Shown piece after piece: positions 1 through 7,928 of a stretch of 61,252 nucleotides of DNA. The notes beneath the pieces are model-generated. The model was not told the origin of the DNA and did no database searches. It saw only the letters and a list, made by a program, of their open reading frames with translations. How positions within the stretch are numbered: position 1 is the stretch's first letter; each line of letters begins with the position of its first letter. Source of the stretch: a virus (taxonomy: Duplodnaviria; Caudoviricetes); IMG/VR virus record IMGVR_UViG_3300024310_000009, positions 1-61,252 of that record. One strand, given 5' to 3'. The position numbers were made by a program, and so were the translations under genes.

Positions 1-148
1 GCAAACACTGAACCTTCTCTTACCCCACCAAGAGAAGAGAGAGATAGAGAGAGTAATACTGTGTATAAGGTACAAAAGTACAGACTAACAAGGTAACACC
101 GTGGCAGAACTCTCTGATTACGAATCACGACCGAATCCGACGTGGTTT
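1..148 (+). repeat. Terminal overlap copy 1 (circularisation overlap)
   Basis: Identical to 61104-61252 except C4 vs C5 in TACCCC(C)ACC. Confidence 0.95.
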
Positions 149-310
149 GGCTGGAGGCGAGCCAACCCTCGCGGGAAGTGGGTACGGGTCGTGGCGGCCT
201 TCAACGAGGACGACTGCTGGAAGCTGCTGCTGAACGAACCGCCCTTTGGTGGAGAGACGATTGTTTTGCAGGTTGGAAGAGATCCGAACACCGAGCGGAG
301 GGCGAAGTGA
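101..310 (+). CDS. Hypothetical protein
   Basis: GTG start after AAGG; GTGA overlap with next ORF. Confidence 0.6.
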   Translation: MAELSDYESRPNPTWFGWRRANPRGKWVRVVAAFNEDDCWKLLLNEPPFGGETIVLQVGRDPNTERRAK

Positions 311-576
311 ATCGCAAGCCTCTGCAATCCTGGTGGCACGGCGTCTGTCGGTCAGCACAGGCGGCAAAGCCCACGCGCGAGGCAAAGCTGCGGGCCTGGT
401 GGCGAGGTGTGTGCTCAGGTGTGAAACCCTTCCGTCCAGGCGACCCCGTGACCTTCGGCCCGTCCAAAAAGCCGGGGGTTGTGGACAGGGTTTTTCAGCG
501 AGGGAATGTCCGCATTCGGGTGGGCAAGCACTGCATCATCCGGCCGGCGAAGCAGGTACACAGGGAGGAGCGATGA
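307..576 (+). CDS. Hypothetical basic protein with KOW/SH3-like C-terminus
   Basis: FRPGDPVTF..KPGVVDRV..NVRIRV; coupled overlaps at both ends. Confidence 0.5.
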   Translation: MNRKPLQSWWHGVCRSAQAAKPTREAKLRAWWRGVCSGVKPFRPGDPVTFGPSKKPGVVDRVFQRGNVRIRVGKHCIIRPAKQVHREER

Positions 577-869
577 CCAGCCATTTGCCAGGGACACCCT
601 GCCTGCACTGTGTCATCCGTCGCGGCTACCGGAGCCAGCGGGGCCTGTGTGGGGTGTGCTACGACGATCGAGGGATACGAGCGCTGTACCCCGGACGCTT
701 GCCCTCCAACCGGCGCCCCGAGGAAGAGGACTTCTGCGGGGGTTACACCGTGCCCTCAACATCTACAGAAGCACTGCAAGGCACGGAGGAGAAACTCCTC
801 GTGCTCCAGGCGCGTGCCGCAGCACACGTCAGTTTGTTTCACCCACGAGACGGGGAGGTGCCGTCGTGA
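573..869 (+). CDS. Zn-finger protein with T-x-A-x-x-G-T/S-x-E-K-x-x-V-L...LFHPxD motif
   Basis: CxxC..CxxC, then STEALQGTEEKLLVLQARAAAHVSLFHPRD; GGAGGAG RBS. Confidence 0.65.
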   Translation: MTSHLPGTPCLHCVIRRGYRSQRGLCGVCYDDRGIRALYPGRLPSNRRPEEEDFCGGYTVPSTSTEALQGTEEKLLVLQARAAAHVSLFHPRDGEVPS

Positions 870-1219
870 CCCACATACTCACCGTGGATGGTTTTCATCC
901 TGCGAAGCTGAATACCTATCTCGGTCGCCATTGGGCGGTAGGTGCGCGGAAGAAGAAGGACGACGCCCAGCGGCTGGGCATCGAGGCTCACTTGCAGGGG
1001 GTTGCAAAGGCAACCGGCAAGCGTCGCCTGTCCATCGTCATTCGGTACGCGAAAGGGCGACCCTGCGATGCGGACTCGATTTTAAAGAGTCTCCTTGATG
1101 CGTGTGTGACGTGTGGCCTGTTACTGGACGACGGGCCGAAGTCGCTGGAGCTGGGCAGCATCACCCACGAGCACGCGGCAAGAAAAGGACTTGTGTTGAC
1201 ACTGGAGGATCTGACGTGA
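866..1219 (+). CDS. RusA-like Holliday junction resolvase
   Basis: LN..., DADSILKSLLDACVTCGLLLDD acidic motif typical of RusA. Confidence 0.7.
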   Translation: MTHILTVDGFHPAKLNTYLGRHWAVGARKKKDDAQRLGIEAHLQGVAKATGKRRLSIVIRYAKGRPCDADSILKSLLDACVTCGLLLDDGPKSLELGSITHEHAARKGLVLTLEDLT

Positions 1220-2016
1220 AACGGGTCAACATGCTCTCGGGTGGGTTAGGCTCCTGGGCGACGGGCAAACTGATTGCTCGCGCTCACGGCACCGAAGACC
1301 TGACACACCTGTTCGCCGATACCTGCTGGGAGGACGAAGACCTCTACCGATTCCTGCCCGAGGCTGTTGCCAACATCGGCGGGCAGTTCGTGCGGGTTGC
1401 CGATGGCCGAACACCGTGGCAACTCTTCCACGACATTCGATTGGTAGGCAACAGCCGTATTGCTCCCTGTTCGCGAGTTCTCAAACAGGAACTCTGCCGC
1501 AAGTGGCTGGAGGAGAATTGCGATGTGGCCGACACGATCGTCTACGTCGGCATCGGCTGGCATGAACGCCAGCGCTTTTACGGTACTCCCGATAAGCCAG
1601 GAATCCGTGACCGCTGGTTGCCGTGGCGGTGTGAGGCTCCGCTGCTCGATCCTCCTTACCTTGCCCCCTACGAAATTCAGCAGTGGCTGGAGCGTGAGGG
1701 AATCAACCCTCCGGCGCTGTACGATCTGGGGTTTCCCCACAACAACTGTGGAGGCCGTTGCGTGCGACAAGGACAGGCCGGCTGGCGGCACCTGCTCCTG
1801 ACACTGCCCGAGCGCTTCGCGGAATGCGAGCAAGAGGAAGAGGCGATGCGTGCCCATCTCGGCAAGGATGTGAGCATGCTCAAAGACCGGCGCGGCGGCA
1901 AGACGGTGCCGCTGCCCCTGGCAGAGTTCCGTCAGCGCATCGAGGCCGAGCAGGGCTGCGACCTGTTCGACTTCGGCAAGGCATGTCAGTGCTTCTTCGG
2001 CGAGGAGGACACATGA
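1216..2016 (+). CDS. PAPS-reductase/PP-loop-like phage protein
   Basis: N-terminal SGG(L)GS, FADT.WED.DLYRF, HNNCGGRCVRQG. Confidence 0.75.
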   Translation: MKRVNMLSGGLGSWATGKLIARAHGTEDLTHLFADTCWEDEDLYRFLPEAVANIGGQFVRVADGRTPWQLFHDIRLVGNSRIAPCSRVLKQELCRKWLEENCDVADTIVYVGIGWHERQRFYGTPDKPGIRDRWLPWRCEAPLLDPPYLAPYEIQQWLEREGINPPALYDLGFPHNNCGGRCVRQGQAGWRHLLLTLPERFAECEQEEEAMRAHLGKDVSMLKDRRGGKTVPLPLAEFRQRIEAEQGCDLFDFGKACQCFFGEEDT

Positions 2017-2402
2017 ACCACTGCGCGAACTGCTTCCACTTCCTGCGGATCTCGGACAGCGAAGGGGAGTGTCACGGGAGCACTCCTCAGCCGGTCCTGC
2101 ACGCCCTCAGTGACGCCAGCCGCCGGGTGAGCTGGCCCCTCGTCTACGACAACGCCGGTTGCTCAACCTGGCAGCCTGAACCTGCCGCACAGAAGACAGA
2201 CGGCGACCTGCGCCTGGAGGTGGTGGCCCGTGCCCTGGGGTTGCGGGATCAGGCCACGGTGGAGGAGATCATCACCACGATCGACACGCGGCGGAAGATC
2301 ACCGAGAGCTTGGCGAAGCGGATCGCGGCTCAGAGTGAGTTACTCAGCTCGAAGGCGGAACGTGCCGACTACCTGGAGTTGGGCGAGAACGGAGGCGGCT
2401 GA
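2013..2402 (+). CDS. Hypothetical protein, Cys-rich N-terminus plus coiled coil
   Basis: GGAGGA RBS, ATGA overlap, CANC..C..WP..C. Confidence 0.6.
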   Translation: MNHCANCFHFLRISDSEGECHGSTPQPVLHALSDASRRVSWPLVYDNAGCSTWQPEPAAQKTDGDLRLEVVARALGLRDQATVEEIITTIDTRRKITESLAKRIAAQSELLSSKAERADYLELGENGGG

Positions 2403-2405
2403 CCC

Positions 2406-3287
2406 ATGACGGAATCCGAGTGGTTGGCGAGTAACGATCCCGCCGCGATGCTGGAGCAGCTGCAACACTGGCAACAGGGTACTGCCTGTAATCTTCAAGG
2501 AGAGAATCCGCAGCAGTACTGGACAAAGCATTCAGCACTCAGCGACCGGAAGTTGCGGCTGTTCGCCTGCGCGTGCTGTTGGAGCGTCTGGCATCTGCTC
2601 ACGGACGAGCGGAGCCGCAGGGCGGTGGAGCTAGCGGAACGGTTCGCCGATGATGAGGAGAACGTGATTGATCTTGACGATTCGGCCCAGGACGCCGCCT
2701 TGGCTCCGGTCTGTGATTGGGGTCCGTCGTGGTCTCCAGCGAACGCGGCAGCAAGGCTTGCGGCCTGGGTTGGAGTCAGGAACCTGCAAGAAGTGCTAGC
2801 GGCAATTACAGCAAAGGATTGTGGGGCTGTTGCCGTTTCTCTTGCCACGCAAGCCGCCATCCTCCACGACCTCATCGAAAATCCCTTCCGCCCGGTGACG
2901 CTGCCGTGGGAGGAGTGCGATCGCTGTTGCGGCGGCGGCACGATCGAGGAAGGCTATCAGTACCCCCACGATTGTCCCGCCTGTGATGGGGTGGGTGGAA
3001 GAAGCCCCTGGCTCACCGAGACCGTCGCGAACCTCGCCACGGTTATTTACGCCGAACGCGCCTTCGACCGCCTGCCGATCCTCGGCGATGCCCTGGAGGA
3101 TGCGGGCTGCACAAACGAGGACGTACTGCGACACTGCCGGGGGTGGGAGCGTGTTCTGTTGGATCCGAACGCTTACGAGCCGGGAGAGCCGCCTCTGTGG
3201 CTAAGGCTAAAAGACTGCTGGAAGAAAACGGACGGCCCACACGCCCGCGGCTGCTGGGTGCTCGACCTGATCCTCAACAAGGAGTAA
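2406..3287 (+). CDS. MTExEWL-family Planctomycete protein with DnaJ-like Zn-finger insert
   Basis: MTESEWLASNDP, RKLRLFACACC, LPILGDALEDAGC, HARGCWVLDLIL; CxxCxGxG repeats. Confidence 0.8.
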   Translation: MTESEWLASNDPAAMLEQLQHWQQGTACNLQGENPQQYWTKHSALSDRKLRLFACACCWSVWHLLTDERSRRAVELAERFADDEENVIDLDDSAQDAALAPVCDWGPSWSPANAAARLAAWVGVRNLQEVLAAITAKDCGAVAVSLATQAAILHDLIENPFRPVTLPWEECDRCCGGGTIEEGYQYPHDCPACDGVGGRSPWLTETVANLATVIYAERAFDRLPILGDALEDAGCTNEDVLRHCRGWERVLLDPNAYEPGEPPLWLRLKDCWKKTDGPHARGCWVLDLILNKE

Positions 3288-3291
3288 CCCT

Positions 3292-3525
3292 GTGCAATCC
3301 ATCCGCGAGATGTGGGACGCCTTCGCAGCGAAGGCACTCCCTGCAACGGTCCCCGAGCCGCAGTGGCTGGACCTGCGGTTTGCGTTTTACCAGGGCGTAT
3401 ACGCTTTGTTCGTCGAGCTGAACGATGCAGCCTCAACCAACGAGGCTGAGGTTAATCAGATGCTGTCCAGCATCGCGGACGAACTGGAGCAGTTCGTCCG
3501 CGATGTGCAGGCCGGCAAGGCGTGA
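3292..3525 (+). CDS. Hypothetical protein
   Basis: AAGGAG RBS; compact ORF. Confidence 0.6.
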   Translation: MQSIREMWDAFAAKALPATVPEPQWLDLRFAFYQGVYALFVELNDAASTNEAEVNQMLSSIADELEQFVRDVQAGKA

Positions 3526-3528
3526 CCC

Positions 3529-3559
3529 TTTGCCTTCGGACGCCCCGCTGGGGTAGGAT
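3529..3559 (+). promoter_or_regulatory. Candidate promoter, divergent member of the 18-bp-spacer family
   Basis: TTGCCT-N18-TAGGAT upstream of terS. Confidence 0.45.
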
Positions 3560-3598
3560 GAGGAGCATGGCAATACCTGTACTCCTGACAAACTCACC

Positions 3599-3997
3599 AT
3601 GAAAAAGGGCGGACTGACTGAGGCGAACGTGAGAGAGAAAATCCGCAAGTGCAAGGGCAACCTGGCTGCGGTTGCTCGTGCGTTTGGGGTGACTCGACAG
3701 TCCGTTTGGGATTTCGTTCAGACCCGGCCGGAACTCAAAGCGGCGGCAGACGACGTGCGGGAAGCCATGAAGGACGAGGCTGAAAACTCCCTGCAAAAAG
3801 CGGTAGCGAAGGGGGAAGCATGGGCGGTGTGCTTCTATCTGAAAACACAGGCGAGGGATCGAGGCTACGTCGAGAAACAGGATATTGACGTAACGACTGG
3901 TGGGAAGCCTGTGGGAGTGCGAGAAATCATCGTGCGGACACGAGAAGAAGCAAAGGCGATGCTGGACTTGCTGAAGCAAGAAGAGGCTTTGGTGTGA
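3599..3997 (+). CDS. terS: Terminase small subunit
   Basis: HTH (GNLAAVARAFGVTRQSV); GTGA overlap with terL. Confidence 0.7.
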   Translation: MKKGGLTEANVREKIRKCKGNLAAVARAFGVTRQSVWDFVQTRPELKAAADDVREAMKDEAENSLQKAVAKGEAWAVCFYLKTQARDRGYVEKQDIDVTTGGKPVGVREIIVRTREEAKAMLDLLKQEEALV

Positions 3998-5196
3998 CCC
4001 CTTCAATCCTCCTCTACCCAGCCCAGGTTGATTTTCTCAACCGGCAGGAAACTTTTGTCGGGTTCGTCGGCGGCATCGGCAGTGGCAAGAGTTTCGTCCT
4101 GTGCTACGACATGCTCATGCGGGCGTCCCATCGCAGCCTGTTCATGATCGTGGCACCAACCTTTCCCATGCTTCGGGACGCCACTCTACGCAGTTTTTTC
4201 GATGTGACAGAGCGGTTGGGGATACGAGTTCGGTTCCACAAGACGGAACACGTCGCCACTCTGCCGACGACCGGGGCGGAGATTCTCTTCCGCTCTGCCG
4301 ACAACCCGGAGTCGTTGCGAGGTCCCAACCTTAGCGGCGTCGGCATGGATGAAGCGAGTTTGATGGACCGCAGCGCCTTCGACGTGCTGATCGGGCGACT
4401 TCGGCAAGACGGCAATCTTGGGTTCTTTCGGGCCGCCTTCACGCCCAAAGGAAAAACGCACTGGTCCTACGATGTGTTCGGTCGTGAGCAGCCTAATACG
4501 TCTCTTGTTCGGGCTCGGACCAGCGACAACCCGTTTCTCCCGGACAGGTTCTACGAGACGGTGCGAGGCCAGTACACATCGGCCCTTGCGGAGCAGGAGT
4601 TAGAAGGCCAGTTCCTCGACACGGCGGGTTGTCTGTTCCGTCGAGGCTGGTTTGGTATTGTCGATGCTGCGCCAACAAACCTCTCTCTCGTGCGAGCCTG
4701 GGACCTGGCGGCCACGGAGCAGAAGAAGGAGAAGGCCAACGACCCAGACTACACGGCCGGCGTGTTGATGGGCAGAAGCAACGAAGGTGTGTACTATGTC
4801 CTCGATGTGCGGTGTGAGAGAGCGAGCCCAGCTGGGATCGAGGCCCTCGTGAGGCAGACAGCGGAGCTTGACGGGCGTTCTGTGCCGATCCTGATGGAAC
4901 AGGAACCAGGTTCGGCCGGCGTGAACACCATCGATAACTACCTGCGCCGCATCCTCGCAGGATTCAACTTTCGCGGCGAACGGGCCACGGGCGACAAGGT
5001 CACCCGTGCCCATCCCTTCGCCGCGATGGCAGAGGCAGGTAACGTCAAGATTATCCGGGGGGCGTGGAACAAACCTTTCCTCGACGAGGTCGAACTGTTC
5101 CCACTCGGGCCACACGACGACCAGGTCGATAGCGCCAGCAGGGCATTCGCCAGGCTGGCACTGCACCAGTCGCGGAAACTGCAAGTCTGGGGCTAG
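3994..5196 (+). CDS. terL: Terminase large subunit
   Basis: Walker A GGIGSGKS, LRG, Walker B MDEA, nuclease WDLA and HDDQVD. Confidence 0.95.
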   Translation: MTPSILLYPAQVDFLNRQETFVGFVGGIGSGKSFVLCYDMLMRASHRSLFMIVAPTFPMLRDATLRSFFDVTERLGIRVRFHKTEHVATLPTTGAEILFRSADNPESLRGPNLSGVGMDEASLMDRSAFDVLIGRLRQDGNLGFFRAAFTPKGKTHWSYDVFGREQPNTSLVRARTSDNPFLPDRFYETVRGQYTSALAEQELEGQFLDTAGCLFRRGWFGIVDAAPTNLSLVRAWDLAATEQKKEKANDPDYTAGVLMGRSNEGVYYVLDVRCERASPAGIEALVRQTAELDGRSVPILMEQEPGSAGVNTIDNYLRRILAGFNFRGERATGDKVTRAHPFAAMAEAGNVKIIRGAWNKPFLDEVELFPLGPHDDQVDSASRAFARLALHQSRKLQVWG

Positions 5197-5197
5197 C

Positions 5198-5359
5198 ACG
5201 CCACGCGAGGTTGAGGTTTCGTCGGACGCCCCGTAAGGAGATACCCCCTGCGCGCGCGAAAACAAAAAACCAAAACACACACAGAAGAAGAGTGTAGTAA
5301 GAGAGAGTGTATCCTATATAGGGTGTACAAAAGTCCAAAGGTGCAGGAATCACACCATG
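5198..5359 (+). promoter_or_regulatory. AG-rich non-coding element, copy A
   Basis: Shares ordered blocks with 61047-61207. Confidence 0.55.
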
Positions 5360-5545
5360 ACCGATGACGAACGCCAGCGACTTGCTGAGGACTTCCGGAA
5401 GCGCCTGCAGCAGTTAGACGCCAGCGGGACTACGCTCGTGCGTCATTGGGACAGGGCACTGACCGATGAGGAGTTGCAGGAGGTGACGGATCACTTTTGC
5501 GACCTGTACGATATATCACACCCAACAGATGGAGCAACGCCATGA
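5357..5545 (+). CDS. Hypothetical protein
   Basis: ATG after AGGA; ATGA overlap with next. Confidence 0.55.
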   Translation: MTDDERQRLAEDFRKRLQQLDASGTTLVRHWDRALTDEELQEVTDHFCDLYDISHPTDGATP

Positions 5546-5820
5546 CAGCCGACGACCTGGCAGCGATTCGGGCGAGGGTGGAAAGAAACGATGCTGATTT
5601 CACCCACAACGCCATTACTGACGTGCCGGCGCTCCTCGACTACGTCGCCTTCCTCGAAGGGCTCATCGGCGACCTGAAGGAGGAGTCGAGCGCTTACCGA
5701 CGTGGCGCGGAGGAGGAACGGGAGGCGTGTGCGGAGTTGGTTGAAGAACTCACTATCACCAGAATGCTTGGACCCAAACTGAGCATGTCCATTGCCATCC
5801 GTGCCCGTGGGCAATCCTGA
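5542..5820 (+). CDS. Hypothetical phage protein (EREACA motif)
   Basis: LAAIRAR..DVPALL..EEREACA..AIRARG pattern common in phage small ORFs. Confidence 0.6.
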   Translation: MTADDLAAIRARVERNDADFTHNAITDVPALLDYVAFLEGLIGDLKEESSAYRRGAEEEREACAELVEELTITRMLGPKLSMSIAIRARGQS

Positions 5821-5926
5821 CCCCCAGGAACGCACTCAGAGGCTGTTACCCTGTCAAACCGACCTAGGTATCGGAAGCGGTCACGCAAGCGTGACCGCTT
5901 GATCCTGGTGCGATTGGAGGCAACCC

Positions 5927-6943
5927 GTGGCAACGATGAGTGTAGAACAGATTCGGGTCCTTGTTGCCGATGTGGAGATCCCAGCGCATCGGGTGGAGAT
6001 GCGGGAGATTCCGGCGTCGAGGCAAAATGATCCGCTGGAGCGAATGCTATCGCCTCTGGGTTGGGAAGGGTCGTTCCTGTCCAGCGAGGAAATCGAGCAA
6101 GGACAGGGTGACATGACGTTCCTGGTCGAGGAACGCCACCTGCAATTCAACGGGATCGTTCTTGAGCAACAGACGATCCACAAGCGAGATAGTTACGACC
6201 CGCCTTTGTTCTGGTACACCTGGCGCAGCAGCGGGGCACCTGTTCCTGTCGAGAAGCCGATGACCCACGCCGACGCTTTCCTCGCCGCGATCATCGCCGA
6301 GCCCGACGACGACGCCTTGCGCCTCATCTTCGCCGACTATCTCGACGATCACGGCCAGCCAGAGCGAGCCGAGTTCATCCGGGTGCAGTGCAAACTGGCA
6401 AAACTGGAGGCACAGGAAGTCGTGCCGGTTTACGAGTCGGCCGTCAACAGAGCGGCCATCTTCAACGCCGTGCTGGACTATCAGCGTGAACAACTGCGAC
6501 AACGTGAACGGGAGTTGCTGTTCGCGGCGAACAGCAACGGAACGCATACAAATCGATGCGCGTGGTTCGAGCCATTTCGCAAGTTCTGCCTGGTCACTCA
6601 GGAGCGGGATGGCTGGGAGTTTCGCCGCGGCTTCGTCGAGAGCGTCACCCTCTCCGCCGCAGACTTCTACCAGCACGCTGCCGCGCTGTTTCGGGCGGCA
6701 CCGCTCACGGCGGTACGGCTGGCGAATCTAAAACCGCAGAGAGCGACGAACGGCAGCAGCTTCAACTGGTACAGTGCTCCGGTCGGTGGCATACCGTACT
6801 GGATTCGCCAGGACTTGTTCCAGTGCCTGCCGCTCTGGATGGGTCAGTACGCAATGAACTACTCCACGGCGGAGGCGGCACACGCGGCCTTGTCGCAGGC
6901 GTGCGTGGCGTTTGGACGCAAGGCGGCAGGGGGTACGTCATGA
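5927..6943 (+). CDS. TIGR02996-domain protein (domain starts at ATG 6260; upstream part may be a fused ORF)
   Basis: AFLAAIIAEPDDDALRLIFADYLDDHGQPERAEFIRVQC; FRRGFVESV. Confidence 0.85.
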   Translation: MATMSVEQIRVLVADVEIPAHRVEMREIPASRQNDPLERMLSPLGWEGSFLSSEEIEQGQGDMTFLVEERHLQFNGIVLEQQTIHKRDSYDPPLFWYTWRSSGAPVPVEKPMTHADAFLAAIIAEPDDDALRLIFADYLDDHGQPERAEFIRVQCKLAKLEAQEVVPVYESAVNRAAIFNAVLDYQREQLRQRERELLFAANSNGTHTNRCAWFEPFRKFCLVTQERDGWEFRRGFVESVTLSAADFYQHAAALFRAAPLTAVRLANLKPQRATNGSSFNWYSAPVGGIPYWIRQDLFQCLPLWMGQYAMNYSTAEAAHAALSQACVAFGRKAAGGTS

Positions 6944-7611
6944 CGCAAGAGGAAGCCTTCCTTGCCGCAATCTTGGCGAGTCCGCAGGATGATACGCCCC
7001 GCCTCGTGTATGCGGACTGGCTGGATGACCAGACCGAGAAGGGCAATGATCCCCGGGCCGAGTTCATCCGGGTGCAGTGCGAACGGGCAAGGATCGACAC
7101 CGAGCAGACGCCCACCAGGTACGCCGAGCAGTGGGCAATAGATAACAACCTGCGGATCGCAGCTCCAGCCTGCGCCGACTTCTGGGGGAGGGTTGCGTTT
7201 CTGCGGCGGCGCGAGCGGGAGTTGCTCAGCGAGTTCGGCTTTCGGTGGCTGCACCCCTTCGCGGAGATACTGTCCGCGGCCGGCACGTTCACGGGCAATC
7301 TGGTCGATGTGCTGCTCCGGCATTTCCGGCGTGGCTTCGTGGAGTCGGTCACCCTTTCCGCTGAAGTCTGGCTTCAGTACGCGGACGCCCTGGCGCAGGC
7401 GGCACCAATCCGTGAGGTGACGTTGACGACGGAGCCAGTGCTGCGCTGGTACAACGTCGGAGATTCCACGGTGTACTATCTCCGGCGACCAGGCGGGGAA
7501 TGGCAAATCTACGATAAGGCCAGTCATCCGTCCGCGCGGGAAATCACTAATGAGCTGCTGCGCATGGAATGGCCCCTCGATCGTATTACCTTTCACCTGC
7601 CCACCGTTTGA
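6940..7611 (+). CDS. TIGR02996-domain protein
   Basis: EAFLAAILASPQDDTPRLVYADWLDD..RAEFIRVQC; FRRGFVESV; ATGA overlap. Confidence 0.85.
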   Translation: MTQEEAFLAAILASPQDDTPRLVYADWLDDQTEKGNDPRAEFIRVQCERARIDTEQTPTRYAEQWAIDNNLRIAAPACADFWGRVAFLRRRERELLSEFGFRWLHPFAEILSAAGTFTGNLVDVLLRHFRRGFVESVTLSAEVWLQYADALAQAAPIREVTLTTEPVLRWYNVGDSTVYYLRRPGGEWQIYDKASHPSAREITNELLRMEWPLDRITFHLPTV

Positions 7612-7625
7612 AACAAGGAGTAGAC

Positions 7626-7895
7626 ATGAGCGAGCGTGTGGAGCGGTGCGACAGGGTAGCTATCGCTGAGATTGTTTTTAGCTGCAAAGGTCGCGGTAAC
7701 TGGAGCCTGCTGGTTCTTGTTGGCGGTTGTGCGCACATAATCGCCAGTGGGACGAAAACCGAGATGCAGAAGCAGATGACTGCCTACCGGAAGGCGTTCC
7801 GCAATGAAAGTCCTCTTTTTTGGTCTCTTCCACGTCAGATCGCTGATACCCTGAACACTGCCCTGAGTCGCAGCACACAATCAGCACCTGTTTGA
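7626..7895 (+). CDS. Hypothetical protein
   Basis: AAGGAG RBS before ATG 7626. Confidence 0.5.
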   Translation: MSERVERCDRVAIAEIVFSCKGRGNWSLLVLVGGCAHIIASGTKTEMQKQMTAYRKAFRNESPLFWSLPRQIADTLNTALSRSTQSAPV

Positions 7896-7921
7896 ACCCG
7901 ACCCCTCTTTCGTGGCATCAT
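7891..7921 (+). promoter_or_regulatory. Promoter (TTTGAACCCGA family), probably leaderless portal mRNA
   Basis: TTGAAC-N18-CATCAT, ATG 7 nt downstream. Confidence 0.6.
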
Positions 7922-7928
7922 GTCGGCC

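Noticed and set aside
1-148. Terminal direct repeat as biological DTR
   Set aside because: Cuts mid-gene and differs by a homopolymer indel; more likely an assembly overlap of a circular contig
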